This document shows, piece by piece, positions 29,169 to 38,406 of a DNA stretch of 64,000 nucleotides. The position numbers and the translations under genes are program-made. The notes beneath the pieces were generated by a model. It did no database searches and was not told the DNA's origin. It saw only the letters and a program-made list of their open reading frames with translations. This DNA comes from a virus (lineage: Duplodnaviria; Caudoviricetes): positions 7,555 through 71,554 of IMG/VR virus record IMGVR_UViG_2895767234_000001. One strand, given 5' to 3'. Positions within the stretch are counted from its first letter, which is position 1. Each line of letters starts with the position of its first letter.

Positions 29169-29516
29169 TCAGATCTTGATGTTGGCGATGCCGTCGCGGG
29201 CGATGTTCACGAAGCAGCGGGTGCCGCCCGCGCCGACCTTGACTTTCCCGGCGCCGTCCACCACCAGGGTCTGGAAGCCCAGCGGCAGGGTGCCGACCGT
29301 GGCGATGTCGATGTAACCGGCCCCGCCTTCGGCCACGGTGGCCACGCCGTCGCGCTCGACCTTCTCGCACTTGGCAACGAACGGGGCACCGTCCGCGCCG
29401 CGTCCCACGCGGGCTTCGCCAGTGTGGGTCAGGGCGTCACCGGCCACGGCGCCGGCGTCGATGAACTTCGTGAGGTGGAACTGCTGGCCTTTAAAAACGA
29501 GATCTCCACTGCGCAT
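29169..29516 (-). CDS. Head decoration/cement protein (115 aa)
   Basis: Small Gly/Val-rich beta protein between the protease/scaffold gene and the MCP gene. Confidence 0.7.
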   Translation of the reverse strand: MRSGDLVFKGQQFHLTKFIDAGAVAGDALTHTGEARVGRGADGAPFVAKCEKVERDGVATVAEGGAGYIDIATVGTLPLGFQTLVVDGAGKVKVGAGGTRCFVNIARDGIANIKI

Positions 29517-29576
29517 ACTGTGTCCCTCCTGTAGGAACGAACTGGGGCTTGAGGATTCAGGGCGGACACGCTGGGA

Positions 29577-31049
29577 TCAATCCAGCAGGGCGGGGTCGTA
29601 GCGGGGTTCGGCGGCTTCCGCCCCCGGCTGTTCGGCCTGGGCAGGGTCTTCATGGGGCACGTCCACGCTCTGGCGGCCCGCAGGGAAGGTGGCGGCCTTG
29701 CGGGCGCCAAGGTCGTCCACCAGCGTCTTGAGGTCACCGATATTGGCGGCGCGGGCCAGATTGACGTGCATCTGGATCGACGCGCTGTTGGCTCCGTAGA
29801 CGCTGGTGGCGAGCTGCTCCACCTGCTGTTCGAGGTTGGCGCGGTAGGTCTGCCCGTCGGCGGCCTCGGCCTTGAGCCTGGCGAGGCGGTCGTCGGTGAC
29901 CTGGTTGGGCTCGATGCCCAGGGCACTGGACACGCTGCCGAGCACCTTGTCGTGTCCGGCGTTGAAGGCGCTGGTTTCGCAGGCGTCCAGGACACCTTGC
30001 AGGTCGGCCAGCGCGGTGGGGGATTCGGTGTCGATGGCGTGGGTCTTGCCCGTCCGGTCTTTGAGTTCAAGGCGCATGGGGGCCTCCGTGGGGGTCTCGC
30101 CTGCCGGGGGGGTGTCTTCCCCGGTGCGGGCGGCTTGCTGGGCGGGCGAACGGTCGCTGGACTGGGCCTGGACGAGGTGCTCCTGCAGGACGAGGTCGAG
30201 GGTGCCGACACGGTCGGCCAGGCCCTCGTCCACCGCCTCCTGACCGAACCACACGTCGCCGGTGGCCCAATTGCGAACCGTGGCGACGCTCTGGCCCCGG
30301 CCGGTGGCGACTTCAGCGACGAAGAGGTCACGCAGGCGGTCGATCTCTCCCTGCCAGACCGCCAGCGCTTCGCCCTCCATCGGTTCGGCGCTCTGCCCGA
30401 GGGCCTTGCGCGGGGCGCTGCGGACGTAGGTGACCTTCAGGCCTTCCTCGCTCAGCGCCGCGCTTTCGTCGGTGTGCGTGCCGATCACGCCGATGCTGCC
30501 CACCTCGCCGGCGGGGGTCACCACGATCTCGCTGGCCCCGCTGGCAATCCAGTAGGCGGCGCTGCAGGCCGTGGTGTTCACGACGGCGGTGGTGGTTTTC
30601 TTGCTGGCGGCGTAGCGTACGGCGGCGGCGGCCACGTCCACGCCGCTGACCGCCCCGCCCCCGGAGTCGATGTCGAGGATGATGCTGGCCACCTGATCGT
30701 CGTCGGCGGCCTGGCGGACGCGCTGAGCGAACGTGTGGGCGTCCTGGGCGCCGCACAGCCAGACGAACATGCTGCCGCGCGGAAAGATGGTGCCGTAGAG
30801 CGTCAAGACCGACACGCCGCGCGGTTCGGGCTCGCTGGCCTCGATCAGGGCGGCCTGACGGGCGCGGGCCTCATGCTCGGCACGGATGTCGGCCAGCACC
30901 TTCTCGCTGGTGGCCGGGCCGCTCAGCAGGTAGGCGTTGAACCCCTGGACGATGTCCCGCAGGGCCTCCTGTTTGATGGCCCACTTGCCGTTGGCGATCA
31001 GAGCCGTCATGCCACTCAGTCGGGTTGGGGAACGGGTTTTTTCGTGCAT
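29577..31049 (-). CDS. S49 (SppA-like) prohead protease with C-terminal scaffold
   Basis: ILDIDSGGGAVSG, ACSAAYWIASGASEI, EVGSIGVI, GDVWFGQEAVDEGLADRVG. Confidence 0.92.
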   Translation of the reverse strand: MHEKTRSPTRLSGMTALIANGKWAIKQEALRDIVQGFNAYLLSGPATSEKVLADIRAEHEARARQAALIEASEPEPRGVSVLTLYGTIFPRGSMFVWLCGAQDAHTFAQRVRQAADDDQVASIILDIDSGGGAVSGVDVAAAAVRYAASKKTTTAVVNTTACSAAYWIASGASEIVVTPAGEVGSIGVIGTHTDESAALSEEGLKVTYVRSAPRKALGQSAEPMEGEALAVWQGEIDRLRDLFVAEVATGRGQSVATVRNWATGDVWFGQEAVDEGLADRVGTLDLVLQEHLVQAQSSDRSPAQQAARTGEDTPPAGETPTEAPMRLELKDRTGKTHAIDTESPTALADLQGVLDACETSAFNAGHDKVLGSVSSALGIEPNQVTDDRLARLKAEAADGQTYRANLEQQVEQLATSVYGANSASIQMHVNLARAANIGDLKTLVDDLGARKAATFPAGRQSVDVPHEDPAQAEQPGAEAAEPRYDPALLD

Positions 31050-31228
31050 GAATCCTCCAGGTGGGGAAGCGGGGGGTCGTCGGGTGGGGAAGCGTCAGCA
31101 GGGGAGAAGACGGGGTCATCAGCGGGAACAGGATCATCCGCAGGGCCGGGCCACGGGGTGGGTTCCGGCTGGGGCTGTTCCAGCACCGTGGGCGTGTCCT
31201 GGGGTTGCAGGGCGGGGTTGTCAGTCAC
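31016..31228 (-). CDS. Possible small Pro/Asp-rich disordered protein (70 aa)
   Basis: GGAGG RBS; overlaps the portal stop; low complexity. Confidence 0.35.
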   Translation of the reverse strand: MTDNPALQPQDTPTVLEQPQPEPTPWPGPADDPVPADDPVFSPADASPPDDPPLPHLEDSCTKKPVPQPD

Positions 31229-32801
31229 CCTGGGCCTCCAGTCTCAGGTCGAGGGGGTGGACGTAGCGCCCGGCGCGGCGGTCGTAGTGGGCCAGCAGGC
31301 GGGTGCGGGCGGCCTCCGGGGCGGGGGCCTGACCGTTGCCTGCGCTGGAAGCCGGGGCGGCGCTGGCGGCGTCCCAGTCCTCGGCCCAGGCAGGGGCGTG
31401 CTGATCTTCGTCGTCCGAGAAGTCGAGGTCGTCGGCGAAGCGGCGGGCGTAGGCTTTGCCCGCCACACGCTTGCCGATTTCGTGGGCCTGCATGCGCGTG
31501 AGGTAGGCGTCGGCCTCGGCCTGCTTGAAGGCACTCTCGGCCTGCTGGAACTTCACGTAGGCCACGGCGTTGATGCCCCGCAGGCGCAGATGCAGGTTCA
31601 GCCCGAATTCGAGCTGCCGGGCGATCACCTGCTGGAGGTTGGTGGCCCGCGCCTCGAGCATGGGGTAGACGATCTTGGCAAGGGCCTCGGTGGTGTTCTT
31701 CATGTGCCCGCGCAGGAACGAGGTCGTGTGCAGGCCTGACCACACGCGCCGGTTGTTGCCTTCCTCGATCTCGGGCAGGCCAGCGAGGGAGTGGGAGATG
31801 TTGTTGATGGTGAACTTCGTGCCCTGCGGCCCCACGAAGAGCCCCTTGGGGGCGAGTTCGAGGATCATGTCGGCCGCTTCGTTGGCGTACTGGTTCTTGT
31901 ACTCCTGGTAGCGCGGATCGAAGTGGTCTTGCAGGCCGAACTCCTGCGGTGTGGGCATCGGGAGTTCCACCCCGACCAGCGCGATCTGCCGCATCAGGTC
32001 GATCACGCGGTCGATGTCCGCCGTCAGGCGGTTCTTGCGGTCGATCGCCTTCAGGGCCGCCAGGAACATCGGCACCCCGTGCGGGTTACCGCCCTGCGTG
32101 ATGAGCGGCGCGTACAGGTAGGTGATGGGGTCGAGGCGAATGGGGTCGACGGCCAGACCCACCTGGTGGTAGGTGCGCTCGCCGGTCTCCGGGTCACGCC
32201 CGAGGGTGACGCGCTCGGCGGGCACGACGGCCACGCCGATCACGCCGCTGCGCCGAACGTCGCAGATCCATTCGAGGCTGCTGGCGGGACTCGCCAGGAG
32301 TTCGAGCACCTGGTTGTTGGCCAGGCCGTCCAGGCCGCCGCCCTCGGGGAAGATGGTGCGCGAAAAGGCGTCGAGTTCGGCGCGGGCCGCCTTGACCGCT
32401 TTGCGGCTGCCGACGAATTCCACGGTGTGGCCGGGGTTGACGATGGCGAGGTAGTCGCTGGCGGTGCCGGACACGTCCTCGTCGTTTTGCAGGAGCATGC
32501 GCAGGATGCCGCTGATGCGGGTGCGGGAGTCGGCGGGGTAGCCGACGTAATCGCCCGCCAGCCGCGCGAGGGTGCCGGCGGGCGTCTCGTCGAGGCTGCG
32601 GCGATCCCCGATCTGCACCTGCTTGCCGCGCAGGGTGCTGACCTGCCGGCCCAGGCCGCTGGAGGTGCCGATCACGAGGGGCTCGTGGTAGGGCGCGGTG
32701 GCCTGCCGGGCGAGGGGCTGGGCGCGGGCGCGGGGCCAGAGGTGCGAGAGCGGGGTGTTGAGCACCCGCCAGGCCGCCTTCAGGGAATCTTGGATGCCGA
32801 T
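31221..32801 (-). CDS. Portal protein
   Basis: Lies between TerL and the protease; about 520 aa; HGVPMFLAAL pattern. Likely start is ATC at 32801; the ORF track start is GTG at 32765. Confidence 0.82.
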   Translation of the reverse strand: MGIQDSLKAAWRVLNTPLSHLWPRARAQPLARQATAPYHEPLVIGTSSGLGRQVSTLRGKQVQIGDRRSLDETPAGTLARLAGDYVGYPADSRTRISGILRMLLQNDEDVSGTASDYLAIVNPGHTVEFVGSRKAVKAARAELDAFSRTIFPEGGGLDGLANNQVLELLASPASSLEWICDVRRSGVIGVAVVPAERVTLGRDPETGERTYHQVGLAVDPIRLDPITYLYAPLITQGGNPHGVPMFLAALKAIDRKNRLTADIDRVIDLMRQIALVGVELPMPTPQEFGLQDHFDPRYQEYKNQYANEAADMILELAPKGLFVGPQGTKFTINNISHSLAGLPEIEEGNNRRVWSGLHTTSFLRGHMKNTTEALAKIVYPMLEARATNLQQVIARQLEFGLNLHLRLRGINAVAYVKFQQAESAFKQAEADAYLTRMQAHEIGKRVAGKAYARRFADDLDFSDDEDQHAPAWAEDWDAASAAPASSAGNGQAPAPEAARTRLLAHYDRRAGRYVHPLDLRLEAQGD

Positions 32802-32828
32802 GGTGGTTCACCTTCCTTTGAGGGGGTG

Positions 32829-34550
32829 TCAGGTCACGCGGTTACGAAAGGCCCGGAGGGTGTTCAGGACGTCCGCGCCGGTGGTGGGCGGCGGAGCAGG
32901 TTCAACGGGAGGCGGAGGCGCGAAGGCGTACATCAGGGCCTCGGCGAAGTTGGGGCTCTTGCCGCCCTCCCCCTTCTTGTTCACCGTGATCTTGTCGCTG
33001 GTGCCGACGCGGTGGTAGGTGGGCTGCGAGAGTTCGGTCATCAGGGCGTTGAGTTCCTCGCCGGGCGGCAGGTCGGCCAGGCTGAGACAGGCGTCGTCCG
33101 GGTGCGGGACGCCCTGTTCGACGCGCTCCCAGGTGCGCTGGAGGCGCAGCCTGAGCCGCCACCAGCATTCGGCGGCGAAATTGGCGAAGCGCAGATCGGC
33201 GGGGGTCTGCGAGTCCTCGTAGACCTGCTCCGAGGGTTTTCCACCGTTGAACACCCCGCGCACGGTGTACGTGAGATCAGTGCGGCGGGCGACGGTGGCC
33301 GCAATGGCCGCGCCGACGCCGTTGCGGTCGTATTGCAGCACGCCGACAGCGTCCGCAACAGCCAGTTCGTGCGCTTCCTGAGGGGCTTCCGAGACCACGA
33401 GTTGTTTCACGCGCTTGACCACCGGCCCGGCGTGACTGGCGTACACCGTCAGGTCGGTGCCGCTGTCGCTCACATCCAGGCCCGCCGCGATCGGCTGGGT
33501 GGGCGTGAGGCGCAGGCTGCGGGCGGCGATCACCCAGGCCCCGAGGATGACCTGGTTTTTCGTTTCCGCGTCGTAACTGATGTCGACTTCCTGCTCGAAC
33601 AGGGCCACGTCCACGGCCTTGCTTTTCTCGAACAGATACCACGGGAAGACGATCTCGGTTCCTTGACCTTTCAGGGCCGGGATTTCCAGGGTGTAGTTCT
33701 TGTCCGGGTTGTCGCGCCAGTTGAAGGTGAATTTCGGCCAGGGGTCACCGGGGGTCATCTGGTTGGCGATGCGGGCGAACAGGTTGGCCCGCCCGTGCGG
33801 CGTGCTGCCGTAGACGATCACGTCGGTGTTCTGCGAAAGGGCCGCATGCACCTGGTCGGCGCGCGGGACTTTGGCGTGCTCATCCACGAAGTACATGCTC
33901 GAACGCCCACCGCGCCCGATGTTGTCCCCACCTTCCCCCTTGATGGTGGCGTGGTTGACGGGGTTGGTCAGCAGGGCTTCCTTGCTGTGCTTCTGCTCGT
34001 TGAACCCCTGCGGCTTCATCCAGGCAGGCAGCTGGCGGATGATGAACCGCGCTTTCTCGAACAGGGTGTCGAGGTCGCCGCCCTTGTCCACCAGATCCAG
34101 CTTGCGGCTGCCCAGGCCCCCGGAGAACCCGGATTCAAAGAGCCAGCACCACACGTAGTACCCGATCACGATCCAGGTCATGCCCTCGTCGCGGGACTTC
34201 TCGACCAGGCCGTTGCGGCGGCGTTTGCGGAGGTCTTGCAGCCAGCGCACGAAATCCGCCTGACGGGGGCGCAGGGTCAGCGGCAACCGGGCGGGCAGGC
34301 CGCGTCCGGGGTTGCGCGGCTCGTACAGCCACACCCAGTCGTTCAGGAAGGCGACGGGGTCGAGGCGGGCCATGGCCAGCACGACTGCCCGGGCGCCCGG
34401 GTCGGCGTTGCATTTCTGGAGAAGTTTCAGGCGGCGGCGGCCCTCGGCCTCGAAGCGTGAGTTCACCACGCCGCTGTGCCCCATGACGGCCGATTCGATC
34501 AGTCCCTTGCGCTCCTGCACCAGCGAGGGGCTGACGGCAGGCAGGGTCAC
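32829..34550 (-). CDS. terL: Terminase large subunit
   Basis: Walker A VEKSRDEGMTW, Walker B YFVDEHA, STPHG, nuclease motif AGLDVSDSGTD. Confidence 0.93.
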   Translation of the reverse strand: MTLPAVSPSLVQERKGLIESAVMGHSGVVNSRFEAEGRRRLKLLQKCNADPGARAVVLAMARLDPVAFLNDWVWLYEPRNPGRGLPARLPLTLRPRQADFVRWLQDLRKRRRNGLVEKSRDEGMTWIVIGYYVWCWLFESGFSGGLGSRKLDLVDKGGDLDTLFEKARFIIRQLPAWMKPQGFNEQKHSKEALLTNPVNHATIKGEGGDNIGRGGRSSMYFVDEHAKVPRADQVHAALSQNTDVIVYGSTPHGRANLFARIANQMTPGDPWPKFTFNWRDNPDKNYTLEIPALKGQGTEIVFPWYLFEKSKAVDVALFEQEVDISYDAETKNQVILGAWVIAARSLRLTPTQPIAAGLDVSDSGTDLTVYASHAGPVVKRVKQLVVSEAPQEAHELAVADAVGVLQYDRNGVGAAIAATVARRTDLTYTVRGVFNGGKPSEQVYEDSQTPADLRFANFAAECWWRLRLRLQRTWERVEQGVPHPDDACLSLADLPPGEELNALMTELSQPTYHRVGTSDKITVNKKGEGGKSPNFAEALMYAFAPPPPVEPAPPPTTGADVLNTLRAFRNRVT

Positions 34551-35515
34551 GACTCATCCGCCTGCCCCAGCAACTTCGCGTATTCCTCGGCAATCCGCTC
34601 GGGCGAAAGCGAGTCGTAGTCCACCGTGGCCTTCGACTCGATCGGGCCGCCGTTCGGCCCGGACAGGATGTGATGCTCCCGGAACATCCCCAGCGCACGG
34701 CCGCCCATGTCCAGCACGTCCTTGCGGCTGAGCATTTCAATCGTGCGGCCGTGTGCAGTGTTCTTCACGTTCGTGATGAACTTCGACTTCCCGGCCTGCC
34801 GAACCTTGTCCAGATCCACGAACGGTACCGGCCGCAGTCGGCTGCGCTTTTCCATCACGAGGGCGTCCGGGTTCTTGCGAACCTGCACAGCCAGCTGCGT
34901 CTCCCGCTTCCGGAGGCGAACCACCTCCGCCTCCAGCACGCCGCGTTCCACCTCGTACGGGTCGGGTTCAGGTTCCTTCTCGCCGCGGCGTTTGCGGGGC
35001 GCGGGGGGGAGATTGCGCAGCATCTCCTCCACCACTTCCAGTTCCAGCCGGACGTCAGCCAGCACCGTGGAGGCGAGTACTTCCTCCCAGTCGGTGACGA
35101 CCTCGTTCACGCACGACATGACGTCGTCCGGATCGAACTCCACCATCTCCTGAATGCCGGCCAGGATGGACTGCGGCGTAATTCCGCGCGCAACCCACCC
35201 CGCCTTGATGGCCTCGTCGACGTGAACACGGGTTAACAGGCGCGACCCCTGTTCCTTGGCGGTTCTCGGGCTGTAGTCCGCCTTTTTCGCGGCTTCGGTG
35301 TTGCTGAGGCCGTCGAGCTTGGCGAGCACAAACTTCTGTTCCTGAGCGGAGCAGGCCTGGAGTTTGTCGAGGAAGGTCTGCGCGGCGGGGGTGAGGGGCG
35401 ACACTTCAGGTTCAGGGCGTGGAGCCCTGGGGCCTTTCTTCGTCCTGCGTGGGGCTGGCGTGGTGCCTTTGCCCCGCTTCTGCTTGGGCTGGGGCGTGGC
35501 GGTCTTGCGGGGCAT
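34547..35515 (-). CDS. terS: Terminase small subunit (Terminase_2-like)
   Basis: QEQKFV...SNTEAAKKADYSPRTAKEQGSRLLTRVHV; C-terminal ILSGPNGGPIE. Confidence 0.85.
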   Translation of the reverse strand: MPRKTATPQPKQKRGKGTTPAPRRTKKGPRAPRPEPEVSPLTPAAQTFLDKLQACSAQEQKFVLAKLDGLSNTEAAKKADYSPRTAKEQGSRLLTRVHVDEAIKAGWVARGITPQSILAGIQEMVEFDPDDVMSCVNEVVTDWEEVLASTVLADVRLELEVVEEMLRNLPPAPRKRRGEKEPEPDPYEVERGVLEAEVVRLRKRETQLAVQVRKNPDALVMEKRSRLRPVPFVDLDKVRQAGKSKFITNVKNTAHGRTIEMLSRKDVLDMGGRALGMFREHHILSGPNGGPIESKATVDYDSLSPERIAEEYAKLLGQADES

Positions 35516-35525
35516 GGTTCACCTC

Positions 35526-35963
35526 CTAGTCTTTGATCAACTCCTGGTAGGCGGTCAGCACTTCGTCATAGCTGCTGTCCTCGTTGATGGGGGTGGGGGG
35601 CGTGGGGTGCAGCGGTTCACCGTCTTTGCCGGTGACCTCCACACGGGTGCGGCCCCAGCGTCCGGGGTGGCTGCGCTCCAGGTACCAGGCGTCCGCCTTC
35701 CAGTTGCCCTGCTGACCACTGACACGGATGCGGGCGACGCTCTCGATCTCGGCGCTGGCGCGGGCTTCCAGCACGGCCCGGCGGAAGTCGCGGTAGATGG
35801 CGTTTTTCTCGCCGCCCTGCTCGCCGCGTTTCATCCACTCGTAGTAGGTGTCGGGGTTGATGCCCGTGTAGTCACAGCAGGTTTCGACAAAATTACCGGC
35901 CCTCAGGGCGCGGATGTATTTGTCCTGAAGCTCGCGGGTGAGTTTGGTTTTGCGGCCGCGCAC
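35526..35963 (-). CDS. Second TerS-like HTH protein (145 aa)
   Basis: GRKTKLT...GNFVETCCDYTGINPDTYYEWMKRG...AWYLERSHP...VEVTGKDGEPL. Confidence 0.7.
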   Translation of the reverse strand: MRGRKTKLTRELQDKYIRALRAGNFVETCCDYTGINPDTYYEWMKRGEQGGEKNAIYRDFRRAVLEARASAEIESVARIRVSGQQGNWKADAWYLERSHPGRWGRTRVEVTGKDGEPLHPTPPTPINEDSSYDEVLTAYQELIKD

Positions 35964-35966
35964 AGT

Positions 35967-36176
35967 TCAGTCCTCGGAGAGGGGTTCAATCGTGACCGTG
36001 CGGAGGTGCGCCTGGGAAACGATGAGATCAGGAGCGCGGGTGCGGCCTTTAATCGTCAGGTGGCGCCCGCCAGGCTGATCGAGCTGCCTGAGGAGGTTGC
36101 CAAGGCCTTCGTCGTCGATCACCGTCGTGACGGGGTCAACGTGGTCGGTCTGGACAGTAACGCGGTGGCGGGTCAT
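35967..36176 (-). CDS. Hypothetical protein (69 aa)
   Basis: Operon-coupled ORF. Confidence 0.55.
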   Translation of the reverse strand: MTRHRVTVQTDHVDPVTTVIDDEGLGNLLRQLDQPGGRHLTIKGRTRAPDLIVSQAHLRTVTIEPLSED

Positions 36177-36415
36177 GCCCGCTCCGGCCAGTGCCAGGTG
36201 CCGCTCCCCTCGCCGGACGGATCAAGCGGGAGCCAGCCGGAAAAAAACATGCCAGTCGGGTTGAGGATGCAGAGCTTCACCAGACCGGCGGAAGTTTCAT
36301 GGATTTCCGTCACGATGGCGGCGCGGTGGGCAGGCTTGAATTCTCCCCCTGGGGTGCCGTAGGCGACGTAGTGGACGATGCGGCCGATGGCGGGCTCCTG
36401 GATGTTGTGTGTCAT
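36173..36415 (-). CDS. Small phage protein (80 aa)
   Basis: PAIGRIVHYV...WHWPER pattern seen in high-GC phages; GAGGT RBS. Confidence 0.7.
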   Translation of the reverse strand: MTHNIQEPAIGRIVHYVAYGTPGGEFKPAHRAAIVTEIHETSAGLVKLCILNPTGMFFSGWLPLDPSGEGSGTWHWPERA

Positions 36416-36472
36416 GAGTTACCTCGACGCCAGACAAACGTCTAGCGTCAACGGGAATAGGGGTAAAAACGT

Positions 36473-37576
36473 CTAGTGCTGGAGAATCGTCTGCCGGATG
36501 TGCCGGGCGATGGCGCGGGTCATGAGCGGCGGGACGCTGTTCCCGATGCCGGCCCAGGCGTTCAGGAAGTCATGGATGGGGTCGCCGGTGGTTGCGAACT
36601 GATAGTCGTCAGGGAAGCTGCCCAGGCGCTTGATTTCCGGGATGGTCATCAGGCGCGGCCAGCGCCAGTGGTACGTGCCGCCGTTGGCGCGGCCCTGGCG
36701 GTCGACGCCCACGGTCTTGACGATGGTGGGGCTGGGCCGATCCGGGTGAATTTTGCGGTTGCTGAACAGGTGGCCTTTGGGGTGGATATCCCCGAAATCC
36801 TGGCCAGGGGCGCAGCGTGTCCACACCGGCAGGTACACGTCGTTGATGGTCATGCCGTCCGGCGTGTCGGGCAGCCCCGTGAGGGCCTCGCGCACGGTGA
36901 TGGGCCGCTGGCAGGTCGGCACCGGCAGGGTAGGCGTGAGGTTCAGATCCTCGCGCACACCGATGACGATCAGGCGTTCCCTGGCCTGGGGGACGCCGAA
37001 GGCAGCGGCGCTGAGCACCCCGCTGACGGTGCGGTACCCGGGGGTGGCAGCGCGCAGCGCGGCCACGGCTTCCCCGTACACCTGCTTCATCTTGCCGCGC
37101 GTCATGGCCGCGACGTTCTCCATCACGAACGTGCGGGGTTGCAGCCCGGCGAGGAGGCGCACGAACTCCTGGAACAGCTGGTTGCGCGGGTCGTCCAGTT
37201 GCCGGCGGCCCATCATGCTGAAGCCCTGACAGGGTGGTGAACCGTCGAACAGGTCAAGTTCGCCTGGCTGCAGGCCGGTGCGTTCCAGGGTCTCCGACAC
37301 ACTCAGGGCCGCGATGTCCCCGTGGTACACGTCCAGGCCGGGGTAATTGAGCCGCAGCGTGGCGGCCGCGTGGGCGTCCCACTCCACCGCCAGCAGTTCC
37401 CGGAAGCCCGCCATGTGGTAGCCGGTGCTTGACCCACCTCTGCCCGCGAAGACAGATACGCAGGTCGGCGCGTCCGGCGCACGGGGCGCGTGGGCCTCCT
37501 GCGCGGCGTGCGCGAGGTCGGCGGGGTAGGTGGTGCGGCGCAGGTAGGGGAGGGTGGCGCTCCGCGGCCCGGTCAA
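36473..37576 (-). CDS. DNA cytosine-C5 methyltransferase
   Basis: Motifs I (VFAGRGG), IV (DGSPPCQGFS), VI (MENV), VIII (VPQARER), X (IGNSVPP). Confidence 0.95.
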   Translation of the reverse strand: MTGPRSATLPYLRRTTYPADLAHAAQEAHAPRAPDAPTCVSVFAGRGGSSTGYHMAGFRELLAVEWDAHAAATLRLNYPGLDVYHGDIAALSVSETLERTGLQPGELDLFDGSPPCQGFSMMGRRQLDDPRNQLFQEFVRLLAGLQPRTFVMENVAAMTRGKMKQVYGEAVAALRAATPGYRTVSGVLSAAAFGVPQARERLIVIGVREDLNLTPTLPVPTCQRPITVREALTGLPDTPDGMTINDVYLPVWTRCAPGQDFGDIHPKGHLFSNRKIHPDRPSPTIVKTVGVDRQGRANGGTYHWRWPRLMTIPEIKRLGSFPDDYQFATTGDPIHDFLNAWAGIGNSVPPLMTRAIARHIRQTILQH

Positions 37577-38154
37577 GCCGTGAACACCTCACCGCAGTGG
37601 GGGCAGGTGATCTGCTTGCCTGACCTGGGCTGGGTGGGGTCGTCCTGCGGGTCGGGCACCTCGCGGAAGCTGGCGGGCAGCTCACCGCTCACGCGGGCCT
37701 GCAGGGACACGATGTCCTCGGGGTGAAAACCCGTGCCGCCCAGGGCGTCTTTGTCCTGGAGTTCGTTCAGCACCCTGAGTAGCAGGTTGTCGTCCCAGCC
37801 GCCCAGTTCCAGGGTTCTGGAACTGCCGAGGCTGTAGGGGGTGGCCTGCCCCTCGTCCAGCTGGAAGTGGACGCAGGTCACTGTCCAGTCGCCGTCCTGA
37901 ACCTGCACGCGGGCAGGCGGTTTCTCACCGTCCTCCTGGGACAGCAGCAGGGCGGCCAGGACGCCGTGGCCTTCCACGATGCGTCCCGAGGTGTCGTCGA
38001 TCAGGATGGGCTGCCCGTACCCGAATTTTCCGAGACTGTCCCGCAGTTCCACCAGGGCGTGCCGTTTGGGGTTCTCGCCCCAGACGCGGGCGATCAGGTC
38101 GGCCAGGGTATGGGTTTCCAGGTGGTGGGTGGCGACGAGGGATTGTTTTGGCAC
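37573..38154 (-). CDS. ParB/Srx-like domain protein with C-terminal Zn ribbon
   Basis: WGENPKRH...KFGYGQPILID...IVEGHG; CPHCG. Confidence 0.75.
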   Translation of the reverse strand: MPKQSLVATHHLETHTLADLIARVWGENPKRHALVELRDSLGKFGYGQPILIDDTSGRIVEGHGVLAALLLSQEDGEKPPARVQVQDGDWTVTCVHFQLDEGQATPYSLGSSRTLELGGWDDNLLLRVLNELQDKDALGGTGFHPEDIVSLQARVSGELPASFREVPDPQDDPTQPRSGKQITCPHCGEVFTA

Positions 38155-38157
38155 GGG

Positions 38158-38406
38158 TTATGTCCTCTGGCGCGCACGGGCGCGGCGCTGCTGGCGTGTT
38201 TCGGCGGAGCGGCGCAGGGCGCCGGCGTCCCCCTGATGAGGGGCGGCTGCCACGCCACTCAGGGCGTGGGCCGACGTGAAGGTGGCGGACGGCAAGGAGG
38301 CGTCGACTACCGACTGTCCCAGTGCGCCTGGCGGACGGACAGCCTCGACCGTGATCAGGCGCTGGAGCGGGTCTGGATCATCAACAAACAGTTGAATATG
38401 CATCAT
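38158..38406 (-). CDS. Hypothetical protein (82 aa)
   Basis: ATGA-coupled to the methyltransferase gene. Confidence 0.5.
   Translation of the reverse strand: MMHIQLFVDDPDPLQRLITVEAVRPPGALGQSVVDASLPSATFTSAHALSGVAAAPHQGDAGALRRSAETRQQRRARARQRT

Noticed and set aside
29652-34460. Plus-strand ORFs of 695 aa and 889 aa
   Set aside because: Antisense shadows of the protease, portal and terminase genes.
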